Assembly: GCA_965203175.1 (NCBI GenBank)
Contig: OZ241867.1
Span: 5,984,001 to 6,048,000, forward strand
DNA length: 64,000 nt
Reading direction: 5' to 3'
Source: Candidatus Latescibacterota bacterium
Lineage (GTDB): Bacteria; Latescibacterota; UBA2968; UBA8231
The notes beneath the pieces are model-generated. The model was not told the origin of the DNA and ran no database searches. It saw only the letters and a list, made by a program, of their open reading frames with translations. Positions within the stretch are counted from its first letter, which is position 1. Each line of letters begins with the position of its first letter. Position numbers and translations under genes: made by a program. This document shows positions 8,769 to 17,849 of the stretch, piece by piece.

Positions 8769-11381
8769 TTAAGACGCCAGCCCGTCGAGCAAGTACTGCT
8801 GTATCCGATCGAGTTCCTCGTGGCTGGCGATCTTCTGCCCTTCGGCATCGACGATGTAGAAGGAATCTTGCGCCCGCGCCGCCACCGTATTGATAATGGC
8901 GCGGTGAATGTTGAGATCCAGCTCGTCCAGCAGATATGCAATTCTGTACAGCAGGCCCACGGTGTCTTGGGCTTCGATATCGACGACCGTGTAGCGGGCT
9001 GAAATGTGATTGTCGAACGCAATGCGAGGCGGCTGGTCGTACTGCCGCTGCCGGCGGCGGCGATCCCAACTGCTGCTGTACTTCGCTATCAACTCGCGGG
9101 CCTTGAGCCGCAGCGAAATAACCTCGGCCACCCGCTCGCGCATGCGCTCCTTCTTCCAGTCGGGCAGCGCCGGGCTGCCGTCGATGTTGGTCACTTGGAA
9201 AATGTCGAGCACCACATCGTCGGCGCGGGTATTGACATCAGCGCGAAGGATGTTGATGTCGTTGACGGCCAAGGCACCGCAGATTTTGGCCATGAGTTGG
9301 CGCTGGTCGCGGGTGCAGACGACGACCTCAGTGTGCCCCTCGTGCTCGATGAATTCCAAGACAAAAGGCTGCTCCCGGCTCAGGTGGGCGATCATCTCCA
9401 AATGCCCCTTGATCTGCGCGCGGTTGTAGGCCACCAAGTAGCTGGGCGATAGCTGCTCAATGTGCTCTTGGAACTGGACGACGCGCTGGGCCGACCAGCG
9501 TCCCTCGATGTGATCGAGATGCTCGTTGAGCTTCTGGCGCGCGCGCTGTTTGGCCTCTAGGGCCTGCATGTCCGACTGCAGTTGCTCGGCCGTCTTGTGG
9601 TACAATTCCCACAGCAAGGCACCTTGCCATTCGGTCCACGCATCGGGCGCAACAGCCGACAGGTCGGCGTACGAAACCAAGTACAGCGCGCGCAGCCATT
9701 CCTCATTGGCAAACAAACCAGCGAACTCGGCGATCATCTCGTAGTCGTCGAGATTGCGCCGCCTAGAAATCAGCACCATGTCCTGATGGTGCTCCACGAG
9801 GAAGCGCAGCATGGACCGCTCCTCTTGGTCCAGCCCCATCCGCTCGCTCAGCTCGTCGGTCATCTCAATGCCGCGCGCGATGTGGTCGTCGCGCTTCCAC
9901 TTGCCCACGTCGTGCAAGAGCACGGCAAAAAACAGCAGGTCGCGGCGCGTGCATTGGGCGAGAATCGCCGACATTTCTCCCTCCTGATGACCGAGAGCTT
10001 CCAGATTCTCCAGCGCGACCAGTGTGTGCTCATCGACTGTGTAGATGTGGTAAATGTCGTATTGGACCAAGCAAGTCAGCCGCTCAAACTCGGGCAGGTA
10101 CGCGCCTAAAATGCCCAAGTCGTGCATGCTCCGGAGCGTAAGCGCCGTGCGGTATTTGCGCTTGAGTATCCTGAAGAACAAGTCGCGGGCCTCAGGCAAG
10201 CGTCTGAAGCCGTCGTTGATTAGCGGCAGACTGGCGCGCACCGCGCTCTGCGCCTGATCGCTCAGTTTCAAGTTCTTGGTCTGGGCCGTGAGGAAAATCT
10301 TTAACAGGCGTAGGGGATCGGCGGCAAAGTACGCCTCGCCGTCGGTGAGGACGATCTCCCCTTCTATCGCAGCGACGCCGCGCTCTAGATACATGCTGCG
10401 GCTGCTGTTGCGCGGCTTGCGCGTCAATTGCTGGAAGGCGCGTTCTACTAGATGGTGCACAGTGCGCGCATGTAGGTAGTACTCGCGCATAAAGCACTCG
10501 ACCGCCAGCTCTTGGTCTTGGTCCTCATAGCCCAAGGCGGCCGCGATCTGCGGCTTGAGATCGTGCTCTAGCACATCGCGCTTGCGGCCCACGGCAAAGT
10601 GGAGCGCGTGCCGCACCCGCCAGAGAAAGGCGCGGCTGTGGGCGAGGCTCTTGCTGCCGCCATCGAGATACTGCGCGTACAAATCGCCGTACTCGGGCGC
10701 TTTGACCTTGGCCTTGAGCGCCCATTCGAACATCTGTATCTCGCGCAAGCCCCCAGGGCTCTCCTTGACATTCGGCTCTAAAAGCTGGACGGATTGCCGC
10801 GCTTCGAGTTGCTGCTGGCGCAGCCGATTCAGCTCGGTGACCGTGCGCTTGGGCACGCGCTTGTAGAGCCGCTGTTGGAACTGGGCAAAAAGCGCGGCGT
10901 CGCCAGCGAGCAGGCGGCCGTCCATCATCGCCGTACGCGATTCCAGATCTTCGCGCACTGCCCTGATCACGTCGTCCAACGTGCGACTGCTGTGCCCCAC
11001 CTCAAACCCCAAGTCCCAGAGCGGATTGAATACGCCAGCAACCACTTTGGGAACCTTGTCTTGGCTCTTGGCGAATAGAAAGAGTAAGTCAACGTCGGAG
11101 TGCGGTGCCATTTCGCAGCGGCCGTATCCGCCCAGCGCCACCAGCGCGTGGGGGCCAGCCGTCTGGGGCATGGCGCTCTGGTAAATAGACAGCACCACGG
11201 CGTCCATGGCCTCGGCAATCCGTCGAGCCACGGTCTGCCCGTCGGCCCCGGCTTGGTGCTCGGCCTCGATCTGCGCGAGGGCTTCTTGCCACAGCGGCCG
11301 CAGGGACTCCCCCACCGGCGCGGGGGGCATCTCTTTTAGCGAGTCGGCAAATGTCTCTGCAAATCCCATAGCTTTTTCCAA
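8769..11381 (-). CDS. glnD: [Protein-PII] uridylyltransferase/uridylyl-removing enzyme
   Basis: GGYGRxExxPHSDVDL nucleotidyltransferase motif, EPNVKESPGGLRE, YHIYTVDEHT, HD motif LLHDVGK and two C-terminal ACT domains. Alternative start ATG 11369. Confidence 0.95.
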   Translation of the reverse strand: MEKAMGFAETFADSLKEMPPAPVGESLRPLWQEALAQIEAEHQAGADGQTVARRIAEAMDAVVLSIYQSAMPQTAGPHALVALGGYGRCEMAPHSDVDLLFLFAKSQDKVPKVVAGVFNPLWDLGFEVGHSSRTLDDVIRAVREDLESRTAMMDGRLLAGDAALFAQFQQRLYKRVPKRTVTELNRLRQQQLEARQSVQLLEPNVKESPGGLREIQMFEWALKAKVKAPEYGDLYAQYLDGGSKSLAHSRAFLWRVRHALHFAVGRKRDVLEHDLKPQIAAALGYEDQDQELAVECFMREYYLHARTVHHLVERAFQQLTRKPRNSSRSMYLERGVAAIEGEIVLTDGEAYFAADPLRLLKIFLTAQTKNLKLSDQAQSAVRASLPLINDGFRRLPEARDLFFRILKRKYRTALTLRSMHDLGILGAYLPEFERLTCLVQYDIYHIYTVDEHTLVALENLEALGHQEGEMSAILAQCTRRDLLFFAVLLHDVGKWKRDDHIARGIEMTDELSERMGLDQEERSMLRFLVEHHQDMVLISRRRNLDDYEMIAEFAGLFANEEWLRALYLVSYADLSAVAPDAWTEWQGALLWELYHKTAEQLQSDMQALEAKQRARQKLNEHLDHIEGRWSAQRVVQFQEHIEQLSPSYLVAYNRAQIKGHLEMIAHLSREQPFVLEFIEHEGHTEVVVCTRDQRQLMAKICGALAVNDINILRADVNTRADDVVLDIFQVTNIDGSPALPDWKKERMRERVAEVISLRLKARELIAKYSSSWDRRRRQRQYDQPPRIAFDNHISARYTVVDIEAQDTVGLLYRIAYLLDELDLNIHRAIINTVAARAQDSFYIVDAEGQKIASHEELDRIQQYLLDGLAS

Positions 11382-11408
11382 ATTTAAATTTATTAAATAT
11401 ACGGCGTG

Positions 11409-11437
11409 GTAGGGGGCGGTTTCAAACCGTCCCCTAC
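11409..11437. repeat. GTAG-type REP-like palindrome
   Basis: GTAGGGGGCGGTTT-C-AAACCGTCCCCTAC is an imperfect palindrome bounded by GTAG/CTAC, in the divergent glnD/porin intergenic region. Confidence 0.7.
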
Positions 11438-11498
11438 TGCGTAACGTCAGTCAAATAATGTCCTTGACAGATAGAAATACTATCTATACTTTTGTTTG

Positions 11499-11559
11499 GC
11501 ATATAAAACAAAGAATTATTGAAACAAACATTTGTTTTTATCGTGAAAAGTATGTAACA
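11499..11559 (+). promoter_or_regulatory. AT-rich upstream region of the porin-imelysin-DHOR operon with candidate operator motifs
   Basis: Contains GCATATAAAACAAAGA (11499-11514), the inverted repeat AAACAAA-ca-TTTGTTT (11522-11537) and TATGTAACA (11551-11559). The first and last recur upstream of the TonB receptor. Confidence 0.45.
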
Positions 11560-11562
11560 GTA

Positions 11563-12819
11563 ATGAGACGTACGATTAATAAGTCTTATTTTCATATTTT
11601 TCAGCTACTTATCCTTCTCGTCTTCCTATCCGTGCAGGACGCGAATGCCTCCGCAAAGCCGTCCTTCCATCTAGAAGGCTACGGCGAGATGCTCTATTCC
11701 CACTTTGATTTCGGACCCGACCAGAAAAGCGGCCCCCATGGCTCTCCCCCAGACAGCCGCGCCATCATCGACATCACCCGACTCGCGCTCGAATTAGAAG
11801 TCGAGTTGCTCAAAAATACAGAGCTGGAAGCCGAGGTGGAATTTGAGCACGGCGGAGCTGGTGCCGCGCTGGAATTGGAGTTTGAAGAATTCGGCGAGTT
11901 CGAGCAGGAAATCGAAAAAGGCGGCGAAGTCGTCGTCGAGGAGCTAGCCGTCGAGCGGACCTTCAGCGATGCCTTCCGCGTCCGCTTGGGGCATTTCTAC
12001 GTCGCCGTGGGCCACTTGAGCCATCGCTACCATCCCGCCGATTTCTTCGGCTCCCAGCGCTCGGAAGCCGAGACCTCCATCATTCCGGCTCTCTGGCACG
12101 AGACCGGCGTGGAGGTCTCCGGGGCCTACCGGGGCTGGCGCTACCAGCTACAGCTAATCAATGGCCTAGACGCGACCGGTTTCAGCTCGCAAAACTGGAT
12201 CGTCAGCGGCCACCAAAAGCGCTTTGAGACGATTCAGGCGACCAATATGGCTTGGGTCGCCCGCCTCGATTATCAGTTCGCGCGGCACTGTGTGCTGGGT
12301 ATTTCCGGCTATCGCGGCGACAGCGCCGACAACCGCCCCAAGCCCGATATGGAAGGAATTGACGCGCACGTCTCCATCGTCGATGTGCACGGCAGCTTCG
12401 ACTGGGGGCGGGTCCGCGCGCGCGGGTTATACCTCTATGGACATCTGCAGAACGCCGCCCTCGTCAGCGCCCGCAACCGCACCCTATCGAACAATCTCGA
12501 CGTCTTGCGCTCGCCGGTGGCCCGGGAGGCGTATGCGGCCTTCGTCGAGGTCGGCTACGACGTTCTGCCTTGGCTGGCCGCTCCCTCGCCCAACCGCTTG
12601 GACCTGTTCATCCGCTTGGACGCGTACGACAGCATGGCCGCAGTCCCGGACGAGACCTTTGACAATCCGCGCTTTGCGCGCCGGGTCTATACCTTGGGCG
12701 CGAACTACAACATGGAAGAAACCGTAGTGCTCAAAGCCGATTACGCCATGCGGCGGCTGGGTGCCGCCCGCTTTAACCCTGAAAACACCCTGAGCTTGGG
12801 GCTGGGATTTCAGTTTTAA
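11563..12819 (+). CDS. Outer-membrane beta-barrel/porin of imelysin-type iron uptake loci
   Basis: Signal peptide after MRRTINKS; acidic EVEFEHGG..ELEFEEFGEFEQEIEKGGEV segment; C-terminal LGLGFQF beta-signal. The track start at 11458 lies in AT-rich leader DNA. Confidence 0.75.
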   Translation: MRRTINKSYFHIFQLLILLVFLSVQDANASAKPSFHLEGYGEMLYSHFDFGPDQKSGPHGSPPDSRAIIDITRLALELEVELLKNTELEAEVEFEHGGAGAALELEFEEFGEFEQEIEKGGEVVVEELAVERTFSDAFRVRLGHFYVAVGHLSHRYHPADFFGSQRSEAETSIIPALWHETGVEVSGAYRGWRYQLQLINGLDATGFSSQNWIVSGHQKRFETIQATNMAWVARLDYQFARHCVLGISGYRGDSADNRPKPDMEGIDAHVSIVDVHGSFDWGRVRARGLYLYGHLQNAALVSARNRTLSNNLDVLRSPVAREAYAAFVEVGYDVLPWLAAPSPNRLDLFIRLDAYDSMAAVPDETFDNPRFARRVYTLGANYNMEETVVLKADYAMRRLGAARFNPENTLSLGLGFQF

Positions 12820-12900
12820 AAAACATTCACTGTGAAACCGGGCACTGGTGGAAGTCACCTGCGCACTGGATTTCAATTTTGACAAAAGGGAGCTACCCTT

Positions 12901-13977
12901 ATGAAAACCATACTCTTGCGATTAGGGATCGGACTAGCCACTTGCAGCTTGCTGCTCATTGCCGGCTGCGGCGACGACAGCGACGCACCCACCGGGCCAG
13001 CCGAAGCCGAGTTCGACTTCGCGCCCATCTTGAACAACTTCACCGACAACATCGTCATTGCCACGTACGCGGACTTGGACGAGCGGGCCGGCGAACTGCT
13101 CGCCGCAATCGAGGCTCTGCGCAGCGATACCACGCCTGAAAACCTCAGTGCTGCCCGCAACGCTTGGGTAGCCACGCGCATCCCCTGGGAAGCCAGCGAG
13201 GGATTTCTCTTTGGGCCAGTGGACTTCAACGGCTACGATCCAGCGCTCGACAGTTGGCCGGTCAACCGCACGGACTTGGACGGAGTATTGGCCAGCGACA
13301 ACGACTTGACGACCGCGTACGTGAACAGTCTGGACGGAACCCTCAAGGGTTTCCACACCATCGAATACCTGCTCTTTGACGAAGGCGGCAGCAAGACCGC
13401 AGCCGATTTCACCGACCGCGAATTCGCCTATCTGATCGCCACGACCCAAGATCTAAAGGCCACTACCAGCGACCTGCACACGAGCTGGATCTCCTCCGGC
13501 GGCAACTTTGGCCAAAAGGTCCGCAATGCCGGCAGTGGCAGCGACGCGTATCCGTCCGCCCAGTCGGCAGTCCAGGAAATGGTCGGCGGCATGATCGGCA
13601 TCTGCGACGAGGTGGCTAACGGCAAAATCGCCGACCCCTTCGTCGAGCAAGATACCCGCCTCGTCGAATCCCAATTTAGCTTCAATTCTATTGCCGACTT
13701 CCAGAACAACCTCCGCAGTGTCCTGCACGTCTATACCGGCGACTATGCGGGCGCCGGCGCGGGCTTGGACGAATTCATCCGCCAAGCCGATGCCGACCTC
13801 GATCAGCGGCTCAAAGAGGAAATCCAGACGGCCATCAACGAAATCGGCCGTATACAGTACCCCTTCCGCGACGCCATTTCCTCGGATCGAGACCAAGTCG
13901 AAAAGGCGCAGGCTGCGGTGGCCAAAGTCCAGCAAACCTTGGAGGAAGATATCCTGCCGCTGGTGTTAGGTAATTAA
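12901..13977 (+). CDS. Imelysin-family (IrpA-like) iron-regulated lipoprotein
   Basis: Lipobox LIAGC; WEASEGFLFGP, DSWP and the GFHTIEYLLF (GxHxxE) metal motif; ESQFSFNS. Confidence 0.9.
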   Translation: MKTILLRLGIGLATCSLLLIAGCGDDSDAPTGPAEAEFDFAPILNNFTDNIVIATYADLDERAGELLAAIEALRSDTTPENLSAARNAWVATRIPWEASEGFLFGPVDFNGYDPALDSWPVNRTDLDGVLASDNDLTTAYVNSLDGTLKGFHTIEYLLFDEGGSKTAADFTDREFAYLIATTQDLKATTSDLHTSWISSGGNFGQKVRNAGSGSDAYPSAQSAVQEMVGGMIGICDEVANGKIADPFVEQDTRLVESQFSFNSIADFQNNLRSVLHVYTGDYAGAGAGLDEFIRQADADLDQRLKEEIQTAINEIGRIQYPFRDAISSDRDQVEKAQAAVAKVQQTLEEDILPLVLGN

Positions 13978-13991
13978 TCTCCTCTCTCACA

Positions 13992-15383
13992 ATGATCATT
14001 ATCCGTACTTCCATACTCTGTATGGGCCTTCTAGCTACGCTTACCCACTGCGGTGACGACCGAGGGTTAGATCCGACTCCCGTGCAGGACGACCGCGCCC
14101 TGTCCGGCGGGGCGGCAACGGTTTTTGACGCCAGCAGTTTGGCGTTTGAAAACCCCATCCCCTCTTTGGATGGGATGGATCTAGACCGTTTCTTGGCCGG
14201 GGACGCGGCCTTTGAGCAGATCTTCGTCACCTCGCCGGCCGAAGTGGGGCACGGCCTAGGGCCCGTTTTCAACCAGACTTCGTGCGTGGGCTGTCACGCT
14301 CGCGATGGCCGGGGGCGCGACGGGTTTGGCGATGTCTCCCCTTTTATCGGCTCTATGCTCATGCGGGTCAGCCTGCCCGGCACCAATCCCGAAGTGCCCG
14401 GCGGACCGCAGCCCGTACCGGGCTTTGGCGAACAGATCGGGGACCGCGCCGTTTTCGGGGTCGCACCCGAAGCGCGGATCGACGTCTCCTACTTTGAGGA
14501 GACCCGCCATTTTGCCGACGGTGCAACATACTCCCTGCGCTTTCCGGTTTACGACGTAGTGGAGACCTATCAGCCGCTGCCGGCGGACGTCCTGTTCTCG
14601 CCGCGCATGGCCCCACCGGTATTTGGCCGCGGCCTACTCGAAGCCATCCCCGAAGAGACTATTTTGGCACTGGCCGACCCCGGCGACAGCGATGGCGACG
14701 GCATATCCGGCCGACCCAATCGAGTGTACAACTTCCGCACGCAACAAACCGAATTGGGCCGCTTTGGCCTCAAGGCCAACAATCCTGACCTATTGCAGCA
14801 GGTCGCCGGGGCCTACCAACAGGACATGGGGGTTACCAGCCCCTATTTCCCCAAGGAGTCCACCGCCGGCCAGCCGCAAATGGACGACCACCAAGACGAC
14901 CCTGAAATCAGCCAAGAGACGCTGGATATCAACACCTTTTACGTGCAAACGCTAGCGGTGCCCGCCCGCCGCAACATCGACGATCCGCAGGCTTTGCGCG
15001 GCGAAGAAGTCTTTGCGGCGGCCCAGTGCTCTGGGTGCCACATCCCCACCCTGCAGACGGGCCACCACGAGATTCCGGCCCTAGCCAACCAGACCATTCA
15101 TCCCTATACGGATCTGCTGTTGCACGATATGGGAGAAGAGTTGGCCGACGACCGTCCCGACTTTGAGGCCGATGGCCGCGAATGGCGCACGCCGCCGCTG
15201 TGGGGCATTGGCCTGACGGCAACGGTCAACGGCATTCCAGCGTATTTGCACGATGGACGGGCGCGCACGCTGATGGAAGCGGTCATGTTCCACGGCGGCG
15301 AAGCGGAAACAGCGCGGGAATATGTGCGTCAACTAGACCAAAGCGACCGGGACGCGCTCGTGGCCTTTTTGCAGTCGCTGTGA
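13992..15383 (+). CDS. Di-heme oxidoreductase (DHOR) family lipoprotein
   Basis: Two CxxCH motifs (CVGCH, CSGCH); GLGPVFN, YTDLLLHDMG, WRTPPLWGIG and LHDGRART..EA..HGGE. Confidence 0.9.
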   Translation: MIIIRTSILCMGLLATLTHCGDDRGLDPTPVQDDRALSGGAATVFDASSLAFENPIPSLDGMDLDRFLAGDAAFEQIFVTSPAEVGHGLGPVFNQTSCVGCHARDGRGRDGFGDVSPFIGSMLMRVSLPGTNPEVPGGPQPVPGFGEQIGDRAVFGVAPEARIDVSYFEETRHFADGATYSLRFPVYDVVETYQPLPADVLFSPRMAPPVFGRGLLEAIPEETILALADPGDSDGDGISGRPNRVYNFRTQQTELGRFGLKANNPDLLQQVAGAYQQDMGVTSPYFPKESTAGQPQMDDHQDDPEISQETLDINTFYVQTLAVPARRNIDDPQALRGEEVFAAAQCSGCHIPTLQTGHHEIPALANQTIHPYTDLLLHDMGEELADDRPDFEADGREWRTPPLWGIGLTATVNGIPAYLHDGRARTLMEAVMFHGGEAETAREYVRQLDQSDRDALVAFLQSL

Positions 15384-15446
15384 TTGCGGTTTACAAGGGG
15401 AACTATGTAACAAGTTAGTACGACGCCAGCATATAAAAACAAAAGA

Positions 15447-15553
15447 GGCTATTGGCTGCGCCTGCCAGCACTTCGCCAATAGCCCGTCGAGAACTTAGCG
15501 CCGATATGATCCGAACCGGCGTGCGCCGGCCCGGGCATATCCGAGCTTTTTTT
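15447..15553 (+). promoter_or_regulatory. Structured 5' leader: two hairpins ending in a terminator-like stem plus T7, just upstream of the TonB receptor RBS
   Basis: Perfect 10-bp stem GGCTATTGGC (15447-56)/GCCAATAGCC (15475-84). A second nested stem GATATG..CCGGC-gtgc-GCCGG..CATATC (15503-15541) is followed by CGAGC and TTTTTTT. Confidence 0.5.
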
Positions 15554-15572
15554 GTCCTCTGTGAGGAACATA

Positions 15573-17801
15573 ATGACTGACGCTCACACCGTCAAAAAGT
15601 CCGCAACGAAGAAAGACTGGCTCTGGAAGTTACTGCTGAGCAGCACCTGCCTAGTACCGCTCAGTCTAAGCGCCGCTCACGTCGAGGGCATCATCGTGGA
15701 CGCAGACTCCGAGCGGCCCCTCGCCCATGTCAACGTCGCAGTCTCCCCCGAGAAAGCGGGCATCATCACCGACTCGCTAGGGCGCTACGAGATAGAACTG
15801 CCGCCGGGCCGCTATCGAGTCGAGGTCAGCAGAGTCGGTTACGCCATTCAGAGTCAGCAGATAGACCTGCTCGCAGGCCAAAACCTGCAACTCGATTTTG
15901 CGCTCAAAGTACAAGCCCTGCCCCAAGCGGCCACGCTGATCACGGCAACCGGCAGACCTAAGTCCGCAGTAGCCCTAACCGTGCCGGTGGCAATCGTCCC
16001 TCGGGAAGCTATCGAACTGTCCAACGCGGAAAATGTCGCGGGCCTGCTCGAAGACGTAGCCGGACTCAACGTTCATTCCTCGCTGTATGGCTACCTCGGG
16101 TCTCCGTCCGGCGTCATGATCCAAGGCATTGATCCCAAGCGTATCCTGATCCTAGTCGATGGCGAGCGTGTAATCGGCGGTCCGGGCGGAGTGATCGATC
16201 TGGACAAGCTACCCGTCAGCAATGTCGAGCGGATCGAAGTAGTGAAGGGGCCTCATTCCGCTCTGTACGGCAGCGAGGCCATGGGAGGAGTGGTCCACAT
16301 CCTCACCCGCTCCCCGCAGGAGCGAAGCGGCGACGTCCGATTCAGCTTGGGGTCTGGGGGCTTGACCTCGCTCGAAGGCCAAGCGGCCCTGACGCGCTCC
16401 AGCCTCTCCACCTCCCTCACCGCTTCCAGAACGGCCCTCGAAGCCCTCGATCACTCCCCAGAAGACCCCGACACCGACATCGACGCCTACACCCAGCGCT
16501 TCACACAGGGCAAACTGCGCTGGGAAGCGCGGCCCAACCTGTTGCTGCAAGGCTCGGCGCGCTGGGTCTCGCAAAACGAGGAGGGGGTTTCCAGCCAGTA
16601 CTTCGCCCCACTCGACAAAACCTACGTATGGCGCTATCCCGACCAGATGCAGCGGGTGGACCTCGGGGCCGAGGCCGAGTGGCAGTGGGCTGAAGGGAGC
16701 ACGGCCAATGCCGACGTCTTCCGCACCTATTTCGACAAGCTGAGTAGAGAGGAACTAATCGGCAGCCGTCAAGTGCGAGACCGGGCCACCGACAACGTGC
16801 TGACGAAGTACCAACTGCGCACCACCCACCTGTTGCGGCGTACGCACATCCTCACGGCCGGGTTGAAACACACGCGCGAAGAACTCGAGGTCTCGCTCGA
16901 ACGCACCCTGCCCTTGGGCGAGCAACAGCACACCGTAGAAGTGCCGCCGTCGCGCGTAGATGTTGCGGAAGCATACATCCAAGACGACTGGCAAGTGGCG
17001 GAAAACACCGGCGTCGTGTGGGGTGCCCGCTATCAATGGCACTCGCGTTACGGGTTCCATCTGACGCCGAAAATCTCCTTTGCCCAGCGACTTTCCGAGG
17101 GCTTGAGGGTGCGGGCCTCGTACGGCGCTGGCTACCGCGCCCCTTCCCTAAAGGAACTCCACTTCGTCTTCGACCACAGCAACCTAGGGTATAAGGTGCT
17201 GGGCACTCCTTCGCTGAGTCCGGAACGGACCTGGGGGTTGAACTTGGGTGCGGAGTTTGAGCCGGTAGAGGCGCTGGACCTGCGCGTCAATTACTTCCAC
17301 AACCGCCTGCGCAACCTCATCCAAACCGTGTTCGATCCCACGCAGAGTTCTGGCGCGGTGGCGATCTATGCGTACGACAACGTGGGGCGCGCCACAACTC
17401 GCGGGATCGAGTTCGGCCTGAGTGCCCAGTTCGGCGACTGGCTCGCGGTCAACGGCGGCTACACCTATCTGCGGGCACGCGATCAAGATGCCCAGCGCGA
17501 CCTGCCGGGACGGCCGCGACACGCCCTGCGCGTTCGCGCGAAGTGGACGACGCCTTGGGAGGGTCGCCTAGAGATCAAGCTGCGCCGCGACAGCGCGGTG
17601 TGGGCCGATTCCGAGGGCACCCTGCGATCGCCGGCTGGAGAAGAGTGGGACGTAAACGCGGAGCAGCCCCTGTGGGGGCCCATCGCCCTGCGACTGGGCA
17701 TTGAGAATCTACTCGACAATCGCAGAGACCTAGACCGCCCAGGAGACCTGCGCTCACTGAGAGGCCGAGCCGTGCGCGGCGGCCTGCGAGTGCAGTTGTG
17801 A
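15573..17801 (+). CDS. TonB-dependent receptor, probably heme (HmuR-like), with N-terminal carboxypeptidase-regulatory-like domain
   Basis: ATG 15573 after GAGGA; plug motif VERIEVVKGPHSALYGSEAMGGVV; YRAPSLKEL..DH..GTPSLSPE (FRAP/His/NPNL-like); adjacent to hmuY/hmuS. Confidence 0.88.
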   Translation: MTDAHTVKKSATKKDWLWKLLLSSTCLVPLSLSAAHVEGIIVDADSERPLAHVNVAVSPEKAGIITDSLGRYEIELPPGRYRVEVSRVGYAIQSQQIDLLAGQNLQLDFALKVQALPQAATLITATGRPKSAVALTVPVAIVPREAIELSNAENVAGLLEDVAGLNVHSSLYGYLGSPSGVMIQGIDPKRILILVDGERVIGGPGGVIDLDKLPVSNVERIEVVKGPHSALYGSEAMGGVVHILTRSPQERSGDVRFSLGSGGLTSLEGQAALTRSSLSTSLTASRTALEALDHSPEDPDTDIDAYTQRFTQGKLRWEARPNLLLQGSARWVSQNEEGVSSQYFAPLDKTYVWRYPDQMQRVDLGAEAEWQWAEGSTANADVFRTYFDKLSREELIGSRQVRDRATDNVLTKYQLRTTHLLRRTHILTAGLKHTREELEVSLERTLPLGEQQHTVEVPPSRVDVAEAYIQDDWQVAENTGVVWGARYQWHSRYGFHLTPKISFAQRLSEGLRVRASYGAGYRAPSLKELHFVFDHSNLGYKVLGTPSLSPERTWGLNLGAEFEPVEALDLRVNYFHNRLRNLIQTVFDPTQSSGAVAIYAYDNVGRATTRGIEFGLSAQFGDWLAVNGGYTYLRARDQDAQRDLPGRPRHALRVRAKWTTPWEGRLEIKLRRDSAVWADSEGTLRSPAGEEWDVNAEQPLWGPIALRLGIENLLDNRRDLDRPGDLRSLRGRAVRGGLRVQL

Positions 17802-17849
17802 GAGCAATAGTCCGACTTCACCATTCACTATCCCAAGGAGGGACACATC

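Noticed and set aside
11440-11562. Canonical Fur box
   Set aside because: AT-rich but no convincing match to the GATAATGATAATCATTATC consensus.
15384-15572. Cobalamin riboswitch ahead of the TonB receptor
   Set aside because: No recognisable B12 box or conserved GGGAA/GCCACTG arrangement, and the downstream genes are heme-type.
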